DNA from: an uncultured Chloroflexia bacterium
GTDB taxonomy: Bacteria; Chloroflexota; Anaerolineae; Anaerolineales; Anaerolineaceae
Length of the DNA stretch: 64,000 nt
Reading direction: 5' to 3'
Assembly (NCBI GenBank): GCA_963748065.1
Contig: CAVVHL010000015.1
Location: forward strand, 422-64,421
Part shown: piece by piece, positions 38,799-49,823 of the stretch
How the letters are laid out: each line of letters starts with the position of its first letter
Position numbering within the stretch: position 1 is the stretch's first letter
Translations under genes and position numbers: made by a program
The notes under the pieces: generated by a model
Seen by the model: only the letters and a program-made list of their open reading frames with translations
What the model was told of the DNA's origin: nothing
The model's database searches: none

Positions 38799-38875
38799 AA
38801 AATTCTCCTTTAATCACAATAATCGATATCATTGGTGGTCGAAACCATCTACCTGCATTGGCTGTTTTCGTAAAA

Positions 38876-41729
38876 TTAACAGATTATTTGTAATAAATTT
38901 CTCCTTTTCACCTCGTTTTGTTTCAAGCAAAATTCAACACGAATTAATCCTTCATTCCGGATCGCTGCGAGGATCTTTTCTTTGGTTGCGGGCAGATCTC
39001 TGATCCAGACCCCAACGGCATCGTGGATCGCATTGATCACGGCCGGCGCGGTCGGTGTGATCGCCAACTCACCCATACCCTTTGCGCCGAACGGTCCCAA
39101 TGGATGCGGTGGATCGACGACCGGGATAGCGACGATTTCGGGAATATCCCTGAAACGCAGCAGACCTAAATCCTTCAGACGAGTTGTTTGGGGGATGCCA
39201 TCCTCGATCTGATACGATTCGCTCAAGGCATACCCCAAACCCTGCACAGCAGCCCCTTCGATCTGGCCGACGACGTTCTTATAGATGATCGGCGTACCAG
39301 AGTCATGCGCAGCAATCACTTTATGCACTTTGACTTCACCCGTCTCCTCATTGACAGACAGGATGATGGCCTGTGCGCCGAAGTCATACGCAAAGTGCAG
39401 TGGTGCGTCCGGCACATCCGGATGTGTTTCCGCGTGGTCTGGCGGAAGCTGTGTGGTCGGGGCGTCATAATGGGCTTCGAATGTGAAATCAATCCCATCC
39501 GCAGCTAGTTCAGCCAAAGAAATCAAATCTCGTCCGTTTTCCGTATCGACGAATTTCTCATTATCAATCGCAAGATTTTCTTTCGGGACCTGGAATTCGT
39601 TTGATATGGCTTCCCACAACTTCTCCCGCAGACCTTCAGCGGCTAGTCGAACGGCATTACCGGTCACAAACGTCGCCCGTGAGGCGGTCGTCATCCCGCC
39701 GTGGGGATCATAGCGGGTGTCTCCGGTGTGTACTCGGACCTTCGACATCGGCACACCAAGTATCCTGCGCTGTGATGGTCGCAGCCACCTGGACGGACCC
39801 CTGTCCCATATCTGCGGCGCCATGACGGATCAGGAATGTGCCATCTTCCTCTAGGCTGGCTCGCGCGCCTGCCTGGTCAGGTATGTTCATGCCAAGGCCA
39901 ACATTTTTATAAGCGCAGCCAATGCCCACACCCAACTTCTCATTTTCACCCACTTCAGGAAGCTCGATTTCAGAGAGTTTTTGTTTCACTGCGGATAAGC
40001 ATTCCACCATCCCAGCGCCAACATTCTTCGTGAGGACATCACCGGTGATGGTCACCTTGCCAATATCCAGAGCATTCTTCAACCGTGCGTCGATGGGATC
40101 CAGACCCAATTCATCGAGCATGTGCTGGACATGAATTTCAGCGGCGAATGTGGACTGCGGACTGCCGTAGCCTCTGAAAGCGCCGCAGGGATTGTTGTTC
40201 GTATGCACCGCATAAGTATTTACTTCCACATTCGGCACTTCATATGGACCGCATGCGAAGGCCATCATCCGGAACAGGACTGCCTCACCGGCAGAAGCAT
40301 AAGCGCCTGTGTCGCCGTAGATATTGACCTCCGCGGCTTTCAGCATACCGTCTTTAGTTATCCCCATCTTGTAATGGAGTTCGGCTGCATGTCGTTTATA
40401 ACTGACCAGGATCGATTCTGCCCGGCTCCAGTGGAACTTGACCGGGCGACCGGTGAGATACGCCGCCAAAGCGGCATGGATTTGTCCGGCCACATCCTCT
40501 TTCCCACCGAAGCCACCGCCCATATACATATGCGCGATCTCAACCTGCTCAACATCGACTCCCATGACATGTGCGACCTGGTGGCGGTCGTCAGTTGGAC
40601 CCTGACTGCCGACATACACCTTGATTGTGCCATCGTCTTCTATGACGCCAATACTCGTTTCCGGCTCCATATAGGCATGTTCAATAAAAGGAACGGTATA
40701 GTCCTGCTCGTAAATCAGGTCCAATTCATCGAATCCTTTTTGGATGTCGCCTTTGCCGACATGCCAGTGGATCAGCACATTGGGTTGTTCCGGATTGGCC
40801 TCGATCAGTCTCGGGTGCAAGACTGGCGCATCAGGTTTGAGTGCATCGGTGATCGTTGCGACCACCGGCAAAGGTTCAATCTCCACCTCGATCGCGTCCA
40901 GCGCTGACTGCACCTGCTCTTCGGTTTCGCCAACCACGAGCGCTAACGTATCGCCAACATAAAGCACCTTTTCGGTACAGAACACACGTTGATCGGATTG
41001 AATGCAGCCAAAGATGTTCTCGCCGGGGATGTCCTTGCTGGTGATGATTCTGACGATCCCGGGCATCTGTTCCGCTTTACTGAAATCGACTTTCTTTACG
41101 ATGCCATGGGGCACTTTGGCGCGCAACGCTTTACCGACAAGCATGTCCTTGAAACTCAGGTCATTGGTATACAACAATTTCCCGGTGAGCTTATCCAGCG
41201 TCAGATATTCATTCGCGGTATCTTCTGCAGTCCAGGTGCTTTCCTCGTCCCCACGCATGATTGCGGCGGCACGTTTGATCGCCTCGTCCATCCGGGCAAG
41301 GCCGACACACCGGCACAAGGTACCCGAAATAGCTCGTTCGATCTCCTGATCGGTCGGGTTGAGGTTCTCATCAAGCAGTGCTTTAGCGGACATCAATGCC
41401 CCTGGCGCGCAATACCCACACTGGAAAATACCGTCCTGGATGACCGTCTGCAGGAGTGGATGTGGCATTTCGGTACCTTCCACAGTCAGGCTTTCAATTG
41501 TCTCCACAACTGCGCCATCGAGTGCTGACATTCTTCGGGTGCAGGAAATTCGCGCCCTGCCGTCGATAATGACCTTGCACAAGCCGCAGGTCCCTTCGCT
41601 GTCACAGCCCTGTTTCGTTCCGGTCAGGCCCATTTTTTCGCGAAGATATTTTAACAATGGCCAATCGAAGTACTTCGGTTCCACCTCGACCGCTTTACCA
41701 TTTATGGTCACTGTCACTTTATCCAGCAT
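38876..41729 (-). CDS. single-polypeptide molybdenum hydroxylase (2 x [2Fe-2S] plus MoCo domains, no FAD domain; MOP/XdhD-like architecture); frame break near 39765
   Basis: N-terminus 'GCDSEGTCGLCKVIIDG...ISC' and 'QCGYCAPG...CRCVG' are the two Fe-S sites. 'GGGFGGKEDV' is the MoCo-domain block. ORFs 39708..41729 and 38876..39823 join as '...VQVAATITAQ / RILGVPMSKVRVHTGDT...'. Confidence 0.8.
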
Positions 41730-41849
41730 TTTTTCTCCTTATCGCCCTGGCTCGAAATCCAAAACCAGAGTCATTACTTGATAGTGGCCAAATCGTACAC
41801 CTGAGATGCAGGATCACTATCGTCTTCTTAGATAAATTCTAACAATAAA

Positions 41850-43355
41850 TTACGACGTCTTTGTAAATTCAGGGCCCATGCCTTTTAGGCGAACCCCTTC
41901 CCGTAAGTGCTGATAAGAGATATGCACAGGGTCCTCAATGATGGCACTGGGCGCATCGACATTAATGATCTCCGAGGCAATCGGACCAAAATCCGCCCGG
42001 TAGTGATTGGCACTTTTCAGGACAAGCACCTTCGTCGCTGAAGGTTCAATCCCCACCGTCTTAAACAAAGACCGGTCAAGAGCCTGCATGCGCTCTTCTG
42101 AGACGACAACACGGACATCCTTATAACGCAGCCGCGCCATCTTTCCAAGATTGAGACGTCTACCTTTGACCATCGGTCCAATCCCGATGAAATCGCCCTC
42201 GAAAAGTTTTTCTACGCGAAATGCAGCCCGATATGGTTTTTGCCCGGGTAGGGACTTTCCGCCAAGGGCAAGTTCCACCACCGCCCCCTCACCAGCTTCA
42301 TGCGCTGCAGCAGCGCTCTCAGGGTCCCAGATCACGCCAACTGCTGCATCTTTCACATTTTGCTTGATCAATTCTTCCAAAAGCCAAACCGTATCGGAAG
42401 GGCTGCCGCCCCCGGCGTTATCCTGGACATCAATGAGCAGCACGGGGCCGATCGCGTTTTTGGCATCTTCTTTCGCTTTCTTCACCGCATCCTTCACGGA
42501 ATACATATTGACCGTGTATTGCGGTTCACGTTCCAGCATCGCTTCCAGTAGGAAATCAGCCGCTTCATTCGCCGCCTCTTGCGTGACGGCATAGGTGAAT
42601 ATCGAAGGTCCCGTATCCGGCAGGTCGCAGGCATTGAAGCCTTCCATGATTGACGCGGATAACACGTCTTCCCGAGCTTCCACTTCCGGTATCAGCGCGT
42701 AGAGTGACTTCGCCGGCTCATTGGTCGTGGGTTGGGTTGTCGCCGGCATCAAGAAGGGCGATTGCCGGAAAGCCTTGAATAGTGGTTTGCCTTCCATCAG
42801 GTAGGCCATCACCTCGGCGCTGCGTTCGCCTACTTCATAGGCGTCGACATGGGGATAGGTTCGGTATCCAACGAGGGCATCCGCCAATGCGAAACACTCC
42901 GGTGTGATGTTTCCGTGCAGATCGAGGGAGACCACGATCGGGATTTTCCCAACGACTTCACGTACCTGGCGTAGAATCTCTGTCTCTCCATCCTGGAGGT
43001 CGCCGAACACCATTGCGCCATGCAGGTCCAGATAGAGCCCATCATAGGGGCCCAAATCTCTTAATTCTCTCAGGATCCATCCCATGATCGTGTCGAAGAC
43101 GTCCTGTGGGACGGTTTGGGACGGCTCCGTTCCACACCAAAGCAGCGGCACAACCGCTAAATCCAGATCATCCGCTTTTTGCATGAAACCACTCGAGGCG
43201 ATATTGATCCGTCCCTCATTCAATTGCAAGATATCTTTACCTCGCATCAAAGCGGGATAAAAACCGCTCTGATTGACAAAATTTTCGAGTGGCGTTGGTG
43301 TATTTGAAAATGTATTGGTTTCATGAATGAAACCGGCCAGGCCGATTTTCTTCAC
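41850..43355 (-). CDS. M81-family (MlrC-like) metallopeptidase/amidase
   Basis: 501 aa. N-terminal 'KIGLAGFIHETNTFS' is characteristic of MlrC-like proteins. The two-domain size fits the family. Confidence 0.7.
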   Translation of the reverse strand: MKKIGLAGFIHETNTFSNTPTPLENFVNQSGFYPALMRGKDILQLNEGRINIASSGFMQKADDLDLAVVPLLWCGTEPSQTVPQDVFDTIMGWILRELRDLGPYDGLYLDLHGAMVFGDLQDGETEILRQVREVVGKIPIVVSLDLHGNITPECFALADALVGYRTYPHVDAYEVGERSAEVMAYLMEGKPLFKAFRQSPFLMPATTQPTTNEPAKSLYALIPEVEAREDVLSASIMEGFNACDLPDTGPSIFTYAVTQEAANEAADFLLEAMLEREPQYTVNMYSVKDAVKKAKEDAKNAIGPVLLIDVQDNAGGGSPSDTVWLLEELIKQNVKDAAVGVIWDPESAAAAHEAGEGAVVELALGGKSLPGQKPYRAAFRVEKLFEGDFIGIGPMVKGRRLNLGKMARLRYKDVRVVVSEERMQALDRSLFKTVGIEPSATKVLVLKSANHYRADFGPIASEIINVDAPSAIIEDPVHISYQHLREGVRLKGMGPEFTKTS

Positions 43356-43419
43356 TGTGAGCTGCTCCTTTGGTTATGCCTTAAGCTACCGTTTCGTTCT
43401 TTCTTTCAAATTCTAAGGA

Positions 43420-44226
43420 CTAAATATCAATCACAAGATCTGTCAGTTTGACGCAATCTCCACCGTCAATGGTCAGGCATTGACCGGTAACAAAACTGGA
43501 CTCATCTGAGGCGAAGTATAGGGCTGCATAAGCCATATCGGCGGGATGGCCCTGCCGGTCAGTCATCGGCTCTTTACGGATCAGGTTCTTTGTCAATGGC
43601 TTAACAACCGGATCCTTGATCGGTTCGTACCAGAACAATCCCGGGCGCAGACAGTTGACCCGAATGCCGTCCTTCAGATAGTCGTTCGCCATGTTCATCG
43701 CCATATCGATCATGCCGGCTTTGGTATAGGCATAAACAGGGTTTGCCATCCGGCGCACATTCTCCGAAGCGGTGACAAAAATGATCGATCCGCCATGCCC
43801 CTGTTTCAGCATCTGAATAACAGCCGCGCGTGAGGTGTTATAGACAGCCATCAGGTTGCTTTCAATAATCCGGTCGAAAGCTGTCGGACTGATCTCATGC
43901 AGTTTCTTATCCAACTCAACCCAACCACCGCCGATGTTGTTATACAACACATCCAGCCGGCCGTAAGTATCCACGGCAATGGAAATCATTTTTTCGACAT
44001 CGTCGGGATTGGTCGCATCCCCCGGTGCGACCGCGACCTCACCACCTTGCCCCCGGATCATGCCGGCTGTTTCTTCCAACACGGCTTCCCGACGGGCTGA
44101 GATAACAACCTTCGCACCTTCCTGGGCGAAGAGCAACGGTGCGCTGCGTCCCATGTGTTCCCCTGCCCCAACAACCAAAACGACTTTATTTTCCAACCGG
44201 TTCATCGGTTCTCTCCTTTCAACCAA
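43420..44226 (-). CDS. short-chain dehydrogenase/reductase (SDR)
   Basis: 268 aa. Rossmann 'VLVVGAGEHMGRS', 'NNIG', and catalytic 'YAYTKAG'. Confidence 0.8.
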   Translation of the reverse strand: MVERREPMNRLENKVVLVVGAGEHMGRSAPLLFAQEGAKVVISARREAVLEETAGMIRGQGGEVAVAPGDATNPDDVEKMISIAVDTYGRLDVLYNNIGGGWVELDKKLHEISPTAFDRIIESNLMAVYNTSRAAVIQMLKQGHGGSIIFVTASENVRRMANPVYAYTKAGMIDMAMNMANDYLKDGIRVNCLRPGLFWYEPIKDPVVKPLTKNLIRKEPMTDRQGHPADMAYAALYFASDESSFVTGQCLTIDGGDCVKLTDLVIDI

Positions 44227-44239
44227 GGGCCTCTTGGCA

Positions 44240-45661
44240 TTACTTCTTCACAATCGATCGCCAGTACGGGCCTTCCTTGGGCCAGGGCGCAGCTAACAGC
44301 GCTCTGGTTTCAGGGCCGGCTATTTCGATCAGGTTCTTGCGGGCTGCCATAGCCTCTTCCAGGACCTGACCTTCATCCATCGTCAGGACTTCACGATCTT
44401 TCATCACAACCTGTCCATCAATAACGGTATGTTTCACGTCACCACCATTGGCCGAATAGATCAGCTTTGGCAGCCAGCGACCGTCCGGAAGCAAATGCGG
44501 TTTATTGAAATCGATGACGGCGATATCCGCCCGTTTCCCGACTTCCAAAGAACCAACCTGCTTCTCCAAACCGAGTACTGCAGCGCCATTGCGGGTCAGC
44601 ATGTTCATGATATCTTCCGCCGTCACTGCCTCCGCATCCAACTGGGGTGCTTTCTGCAGAATCGCAGCCGCTCGCCCGACTTCCAGCATGTCATAGGTAT
44701 AGCTGGCTGCGCCGTCCGTCCCCAGGCCAACTTTGATCCCACGGCTTAGCATATTACTAACCTTGGCGATGCCGTAGCCCAGATAAGCGTTTGCCACCGG
44801 GCAGTGGACGACTTTGGTATCTGTTTCCGCCATGATCGCCAACTCCCGGTCCGACAACCAGACCGCATGGAACATCACACCTTTCGGCCCGGTGAGGCCA
44901 AGTGTATTGAAATGCTCAAGGTCGCGTTCACCAAACCGGCGCATCGTATATGAATTGATCTCAATCCAACCCGCCACGTGGGTGCTGACGTTGATGTCCA
45001 GTTCCTTAGCCAGTTCCACGGTCTTGAGCATCATACCTTCACTGATATCTTCAGTGGAACCCGGTCCCAGAGCAACCGTCGTCCGGCGGGTGTTGTGCCA
45101 CTGTTTGAAGAAACGCCGGGCTTCATTTACCAGCGTATCTTCCTTCTGGATCATGGTCATATATTCCGAATCGGTTCGTTCACCGGCAAAAGTCTGATCC
45201 AGCAAACCAAAAACCATTTGCGCCCGAATACCCGCCTTGTCGAAGGTCTCCGTCACCCGGTAGATATTCTGCATATCGGTGTGCAGGTACCAGTGGTCCG
45301 AAACGGTGGTCACACCATTCTTGATCAATTCAAGCGCCGCCAGAGCCGCGCCGGCCTGGGCGTGCATCGGTTGTATCTTCGAGACCACCGGGAAGAGGAA
45401 GCGCCAGTTCCAGGGATCAAAATGCATGTCGTAACCAATCCCCTCGATCGTGGATTGGTAAACGTGGGTATGCCCATTGATAAAACCGGGCGATACCACG
45501 CAGTTCTCAGCGGACAGGGTCTCTTTGGCTTCATATTCCAGATTCTGCCCAATCTCAACGATTTCACCATCATTGATCGCCACATCACAATTCTCGATCA
45601 CACGATTTTCCGGATCCATTGTGATCACGGCGCCGTTCTTAATTAAAAGGTCTACACTCAT
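44240..45661 (-). CDS. amidohydrolase-superfamily deaminase/hydrolase (TRZ/ATZ, 8-oxoguanine/isoxanthopterin-deaminase-like)
   Basis: 473 aa. 'PGFINGHTHVYQS' HxH motif, 'VSTHVAG', 'HAVWL', and a C-terminal 'GLGTDGA' metal-ligand Asp. Confidence 0.75.
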   Translation of the reverse strand: MSVDLLIKNGAVITMDPENRVIENCDVAINDGEIVEIGQNLEYEAKETLSAENCVVSPGFINGHTHVYQSTIEGIGYDMHFDPWNWRFLFPVVSKIQPMHAQAGAALAALELIKNGVTTVSDHWYLHTDMQNIYRVTETFDKAGIRAQMVFGLLDQTFAGERTDSEYMTMIQKEDTLVNEARRFFKQWHNTRRTTVALGPGSTEDISEGMMLKTVELAKELDINVSTHVAGWIEINSYTMRRFGERDLEHFNTLGLTGPKGVMFHAVWLSDRELAIMAETDTKVVHCPVANAYLGYGIAKVSNMLSRGIKVGLGTDGAASYTYDMLEVGRAAAILQKAPQLDAEAVTAEDIMNMLTRNGAAVLGLEKQVGSLEVGKRADIAVIDFNKPHLLPDGRWLPKLIYSANGGDVKHTVIDGQVVMKDREVLTMDEGQVLEEAMAARKNLIEIAGPETRALLAAPWPKEGPYWRSIVKK

Positions 45662-45694
45662 TATCGTTTATTCCTTTTCTCCAATAAAACTCTT

Positions 45695-47014
45695 CTATTG
45701 TCGTCTTATAAAAATACCCGTGCCGGGTTCGGGAACGATCGTTTCACCGTTCCAGATCTGCATGCCGCGGACCCAGGTACTTTCCACTTTTCCATCGAGA
45801 TGCCAACCCTCATAAGGTAAAAGGCTTGCTCTTGAATTTTCACCATAGGGCGCAACAATCCAGTTCGCATCCGGATTGAAGAGGACAAAATCCGCGTCCA
45901 TCCCGGGAGCGAGCTTGCCTTTCCGCCGATCAAAGCCAAAGATCTTCGCCGGGTTTTCAGATGTAACTTCCAGGAAGCGTGCCATGCTCAAACGTCCCTG
46001 CCCGATGGCAAGATGATAGAGCAGTGGCAATGACACTTCCAATCCAGGTATCCCGGCTTCTTTCTCTTTGAAACCAACCTGTCTTTCAGGGTCGGGCAGT
46101 TCACCCAAATAATGATCGCTGACCACCATATCGATCACACCGTCCGCCAACGCTTGCCAAAGATGTTCCGGGTTGCCTGCCTCCCGCAGCGGCGGCGTCG
46201 TCTTTACTCGTGCACCGTATTTCCGGAAGTCTTCACTGGAGAACGCCAGGAAATGCGGTGTGGTTTCGGCCGTCACATCCGTCCCCCAGCCGCGATATTG
46301 GTCAATCAGGTCAGCCGTCCGGGCTGCGGATACGTGACAGATATGGATCGGCGCGCCGGCTGCGTGTGCCATCTCTAACAGAAATGCTGCTGCAGCCGTT
46401 TCAGCAACCGGTGGTCTTGCGTTGGCAAACCCCAAGGGATCGCTCCAATCGACATCCTCACGCAAGCACGCCGATTCTTCGGCATGTAAAACCAACCGCA
46501 AACCGGTTCTCGCAGCCGTTTTCACCGCACTCCATAACACCTCGCGCGTGACAGGTGGCTCCGCCGGCATGAAGACTTTGAAACCTGCTGCACCGGCTTT
46601 GGCTACGCCATCCAGCCCCACCAGGTCTTGCGGTTCGACCACGATACCACCGTGGATACAAAAATCCGTGACGCAGTTTGCTTCCGCCTTTTCAACCCGA
46701 GCTTCAAATCCTTCTTGGGTCGCGCAAACATGGAAAGGCGGCATATCCACGACGGTCGTGATCCCGCCCACTGCAGCGGCACACGATCCGGGATAAAAGG
46801 TTTCCGCGCCGTCTTCGATATGCGCGTGGGCATCGATCCCGCCTGGTAACACCAGCCAGCCATTGGCATCGATGGTTTCAACATCTTCCGGTATTTGTTC
46901 GTTCGATGGCTCCTTAATCTCGACGATCTTTCCATCTGCGCCAATCAGCATGTCGGCGGTGCGGAATTCACCATCCAGCCATAGTTTTCCATTGATCAGA
47001 TGCTTTTTATTCAA
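45695..47014 (-). CDS. cyclic amidohydrolase (allantoinase / dihydroorotase / hydantoinase family)
   Basis: 439 aa. 'LPGGIDAHAHI' HxH, 'AGAAGFKVFM' (carbamylated-Lys context), 'LHAEE', 'HICHVS', 'VVSDH'. Confidence 0.75.
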   Translation of the reverse strand: MNKKHLINGKLWLDGEFRTADMLIGADGKIVEIKEPSNEQIPEDVETIDANGWLVLPGGIDAHAHIEDGAETFYPGSCAAAVGGITTVVDMPPFHVCATQEGFEARVEKAEANCVTDFCIHGGIVVEPQDLVGLDGVAKAGAAGFKVFMPAEPPVTREVLWSAVKTAARTGLRLVLHAEESACLREDVDWSDPLGFANARPPVAETAAAAFLLEMAHAAGAPIHICHVSAARTADLIDQYRGWGTDVTAETTPHFLAFSSEDFRKYGARVKTTPPLREAGNPEHLWQALADGVIDMVVSDHYLGELPDPERQVGFKEKEAGIPGLEVSLPLLYHLAIGQGRLSMARFLEVTSENPAKIFGFDRRKGKLAPGMDADFVLFNPDANWIVAPYGENSRASLLPYEGWHLDGKVESTWVRGMQIWNGETIVPEPGTGIFIRRQ

Positions 47015-48361
47015 GCCGCCCCCCTTCCCAGCCGCCGCCAGGTATCCGCCCGTTCGAGCAAATCCTGGGCGGCTTCCACCACAAGGGGTTCAGCTGCTTC
47101 CCAATCCAGTGTCAGGATTTCATAATCCTGCATCAGTGCTTCCCCTTCAACGATCGTGGTCATGACATCACCCGCAGAAGCAGAATAGACGATCTGCTCC
47201 AGAACGTTGGTGTTGGGTTCAGGCAGCATCGGATTGAGATGCGGTTTATGCTTGTCAATTATGATGATATCCGCACGTTTGCCGACTTCAATGGAACCGA
47301 TCTGGTCATCCATACCCAGGCAGGAAGCCGACCCCATGGTCGCCATGCGCAGCATTTGTTCGCAGGGTAAAACAGCGGGATCATTCTGGTGCAACTTATG
47401 CAGGAAGGCTGCTAGACGCATCTCTTCAAACATATCCAGATTGTTGTTGCTCAGGTTCGAATCCGTCCCCAGGCCCACCTTCACGCCTGCCTTCATCATC
47501 TCAGGGACAGGTGCGATCCCAGACGCCAGTTTCATATTACTGCTGGGGTTATGGACCACGCCCACACCGCGTTCGGCGAGCAGTTCAATGTCTTCAGGCG
47601 ATAGGTGTACGCCGTGTGCAACGGAAAGACGCGGGCTGAGCGCGCCTACATCATCCAGCAATTGCACGGATGACTTGCCGTACTTTTCTTTGATCTGCCT
47701 GACCTCGTCCTCTGTCTCACAAATATGGGTGTGATACCCGATGTCATACTTTTCAGCGTATTCGGCGATCTTGCCATAAGTTTCAGGGAAGTTGGAATAG
47801 GGTGCGTGCGGCCCAAACCAGGTATAGATGCGGTTAGGGACCCGGTCATGCCAGGCTTCAATGAAACGCAAGATTACTCTCCAAAGTCTCACCCGCGCCG
47901 GCAGGTTCATCGATGATCTGCGGGCAAAAGACGCCCCGCAACCCGGATTGCTCCGCAATTGCAGCGGCTTCCCCCGGGAATCGGAAGATATCGAGGAAGG
48001 TCGTCACGCCGCCCCGGATCAATTCACTCTGGTTCATCAATGCTGCTGCATGGATGTGTTCCGGGCGGATTTGAGCATCCTTGGGAAACATGACCTCGTA
48101 GAGCCAGCGCATCAAAGGCAAATCATCACCGATCCCGCGCAGAAGCGTGGTGTGCATGTGCGCATCCACCAGTCCGGGCAGGACGAGGTTGCCTTTCGCA
48201 TCGATCTCTTTAACGCCTTTTCCGGATAAGCCTGAACCGATGGCTGCGATTGCGCCATTCACCACGCCAATATCCACCGAGGAATATCGGTTTCCCTCGG
48301 CATCCATTGTGATCACCCACCCATTACGGATGATCAAATCGTAGGTCGGTTCAGGCGTCAT
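47011..48361 (-). CDS. amidohydrolase-superfamily deaminase (MtaD/guanine-deaminase-like); frame break near 47869
   Basis: ORF 47858..48361 ('LPGLVDAHMHT') continues in ORF 47011..47958 from 'RFIEAWHDR...YHTHICET...VAHGVHL...HNPSSN...GLGTDS'. A 4-nt ATGA overlap joins it to the downstream gene. Confidence 0.75.
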
Positions 48362-48396
48362 TTCACTTCCTGTCTTTTCAATCTACACGTTCGAAA

Positions 48397-49759
48397 CTAT
48401 GGCGTCGGCCAATCGTTTCGTTTCCACAATTTAACAGCGGTTTCGTGTGATTTGGCGCGCACGGCTTCTTCATCCAATTTGGCAAATTCGCCATTCCGCA
48501 AAATGATCTCGCCATCGATCATGACATCATTCACATCGATCCGTTCGCAGGTTCCAACGATGTAGCTCTTGACGTTCGGTTCGAACAGCGGCACGGTCGA
48601 GCGGTTTTTCAACACAACCACATCCGCCTTCTTGCCCACTTCCAATGAACCGATTTCGTTTTCCTTCTGAAGGCACTTCGCACCTTCGATCGTCGCCATC
48701 CGCAGCACTTCATCATCCTTGAAGACTTCCGGGTTCTCATAGCGGATCCGGTGGATCATCTGCGCAGTGCGCATCACTTCGAAGTAGTTAAAGGTCTGTC
48801 CATCCGTTCCCAACCCAACCGTCACGCCGGCTTTGATCAGCGGCATCATATTCGGCCAGAAACTGAAGATCGCATTCGATTCGGCGTTATGGGCCACTTT
48901 GACATCATAGGCTTTGAAGATAGCCGGATCATCCAAGGGATCGATATAGCTGCAGTGGAACAGGATCAGGTTCGGGCTCAGGAAGCCAATGGATTCCAGA
49001 TACCGGGTTGGGCGCAGCCCGAAACGACGGGTCGTGTCAAAGAGGTGCCAGCGATCATCGAGGTGGTGCATCATATAACCCGCACCCAGTTCATCCGCTG
49101 TGGCTTTCACTTCCTTTAGCAGGTCGGTCGAGCAGGTGTAGGTCGTATGCACGCCGATCCGACCGCTGATCCGATCCAGAGTCTCGCGCCCGACATTTCT
49201 TGATGAAGTTAACATTTTCAGCCAAGCCCATCGCCGCATTCTCTTCGCTGATCCGGCCGGTGGTTTCAAATGAGAGCACAGCTCGTGAACCAGCTTCAAT
49301 GGCTGCCTGATCGACGGCGTCCAGAGCGCCTGGAAGCGCATAAGAGCCTTCAGCCGTATCCGTGGTGGTCGTGACACCGCTGCGAATGTGGTCCATCAGG
49401 TTCGCTAATGTGCCGATGTACATTTGTTCCTGGTCCACCCGATCTTCCAGCAATGGCAGCCAGAATCGGTCCATCCAGGAAACGAACGAGAAATCCGGCA
49501 ATTCGAAACCCGAATAGGGGATACTGCGGACCACTGCACTGTAGAGGTGGTTGTGGCAGCTCACGAACCCGGGAATAACGACCTTGTCCGTCGCATCGAT
49601 CACCGTTGCACCGGGTTTGTCGCCAACAACCAAATCTGGACCAATTTCCTTGATGACCTTACCTTCAATATAGATACTGCCGTTACGAATAATTCGATCG
49701 TCGCCATCGATGGTTACGATTAATCCATTCCTGATAAGTAGTTTTTCCATGCGCTTCAC
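48397..49759 (-). CDS. SsnA-like aminohydrolase; frame break near 49190
   Basis: 'PGFVSCHNHLYSAVVRS...DFSFVSWMDRFWLPLLEDRVDQEQMYIGTLANLMDHIRSGVTTTTD' parallels the E. coli SsnA N-terminus as I recall it. The C-terminal half lies in ORF 48397..49377 ('GVHTTYTC...VAHNAESN...GLGTDG'). Confidence 0.7.
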
Positions 49760-49823
49760 TCCTTTTTACAATTTGATTCAACAAATAACAATCAACCTCA
49801 TATGTATGCAATCCGGCTTTCGC

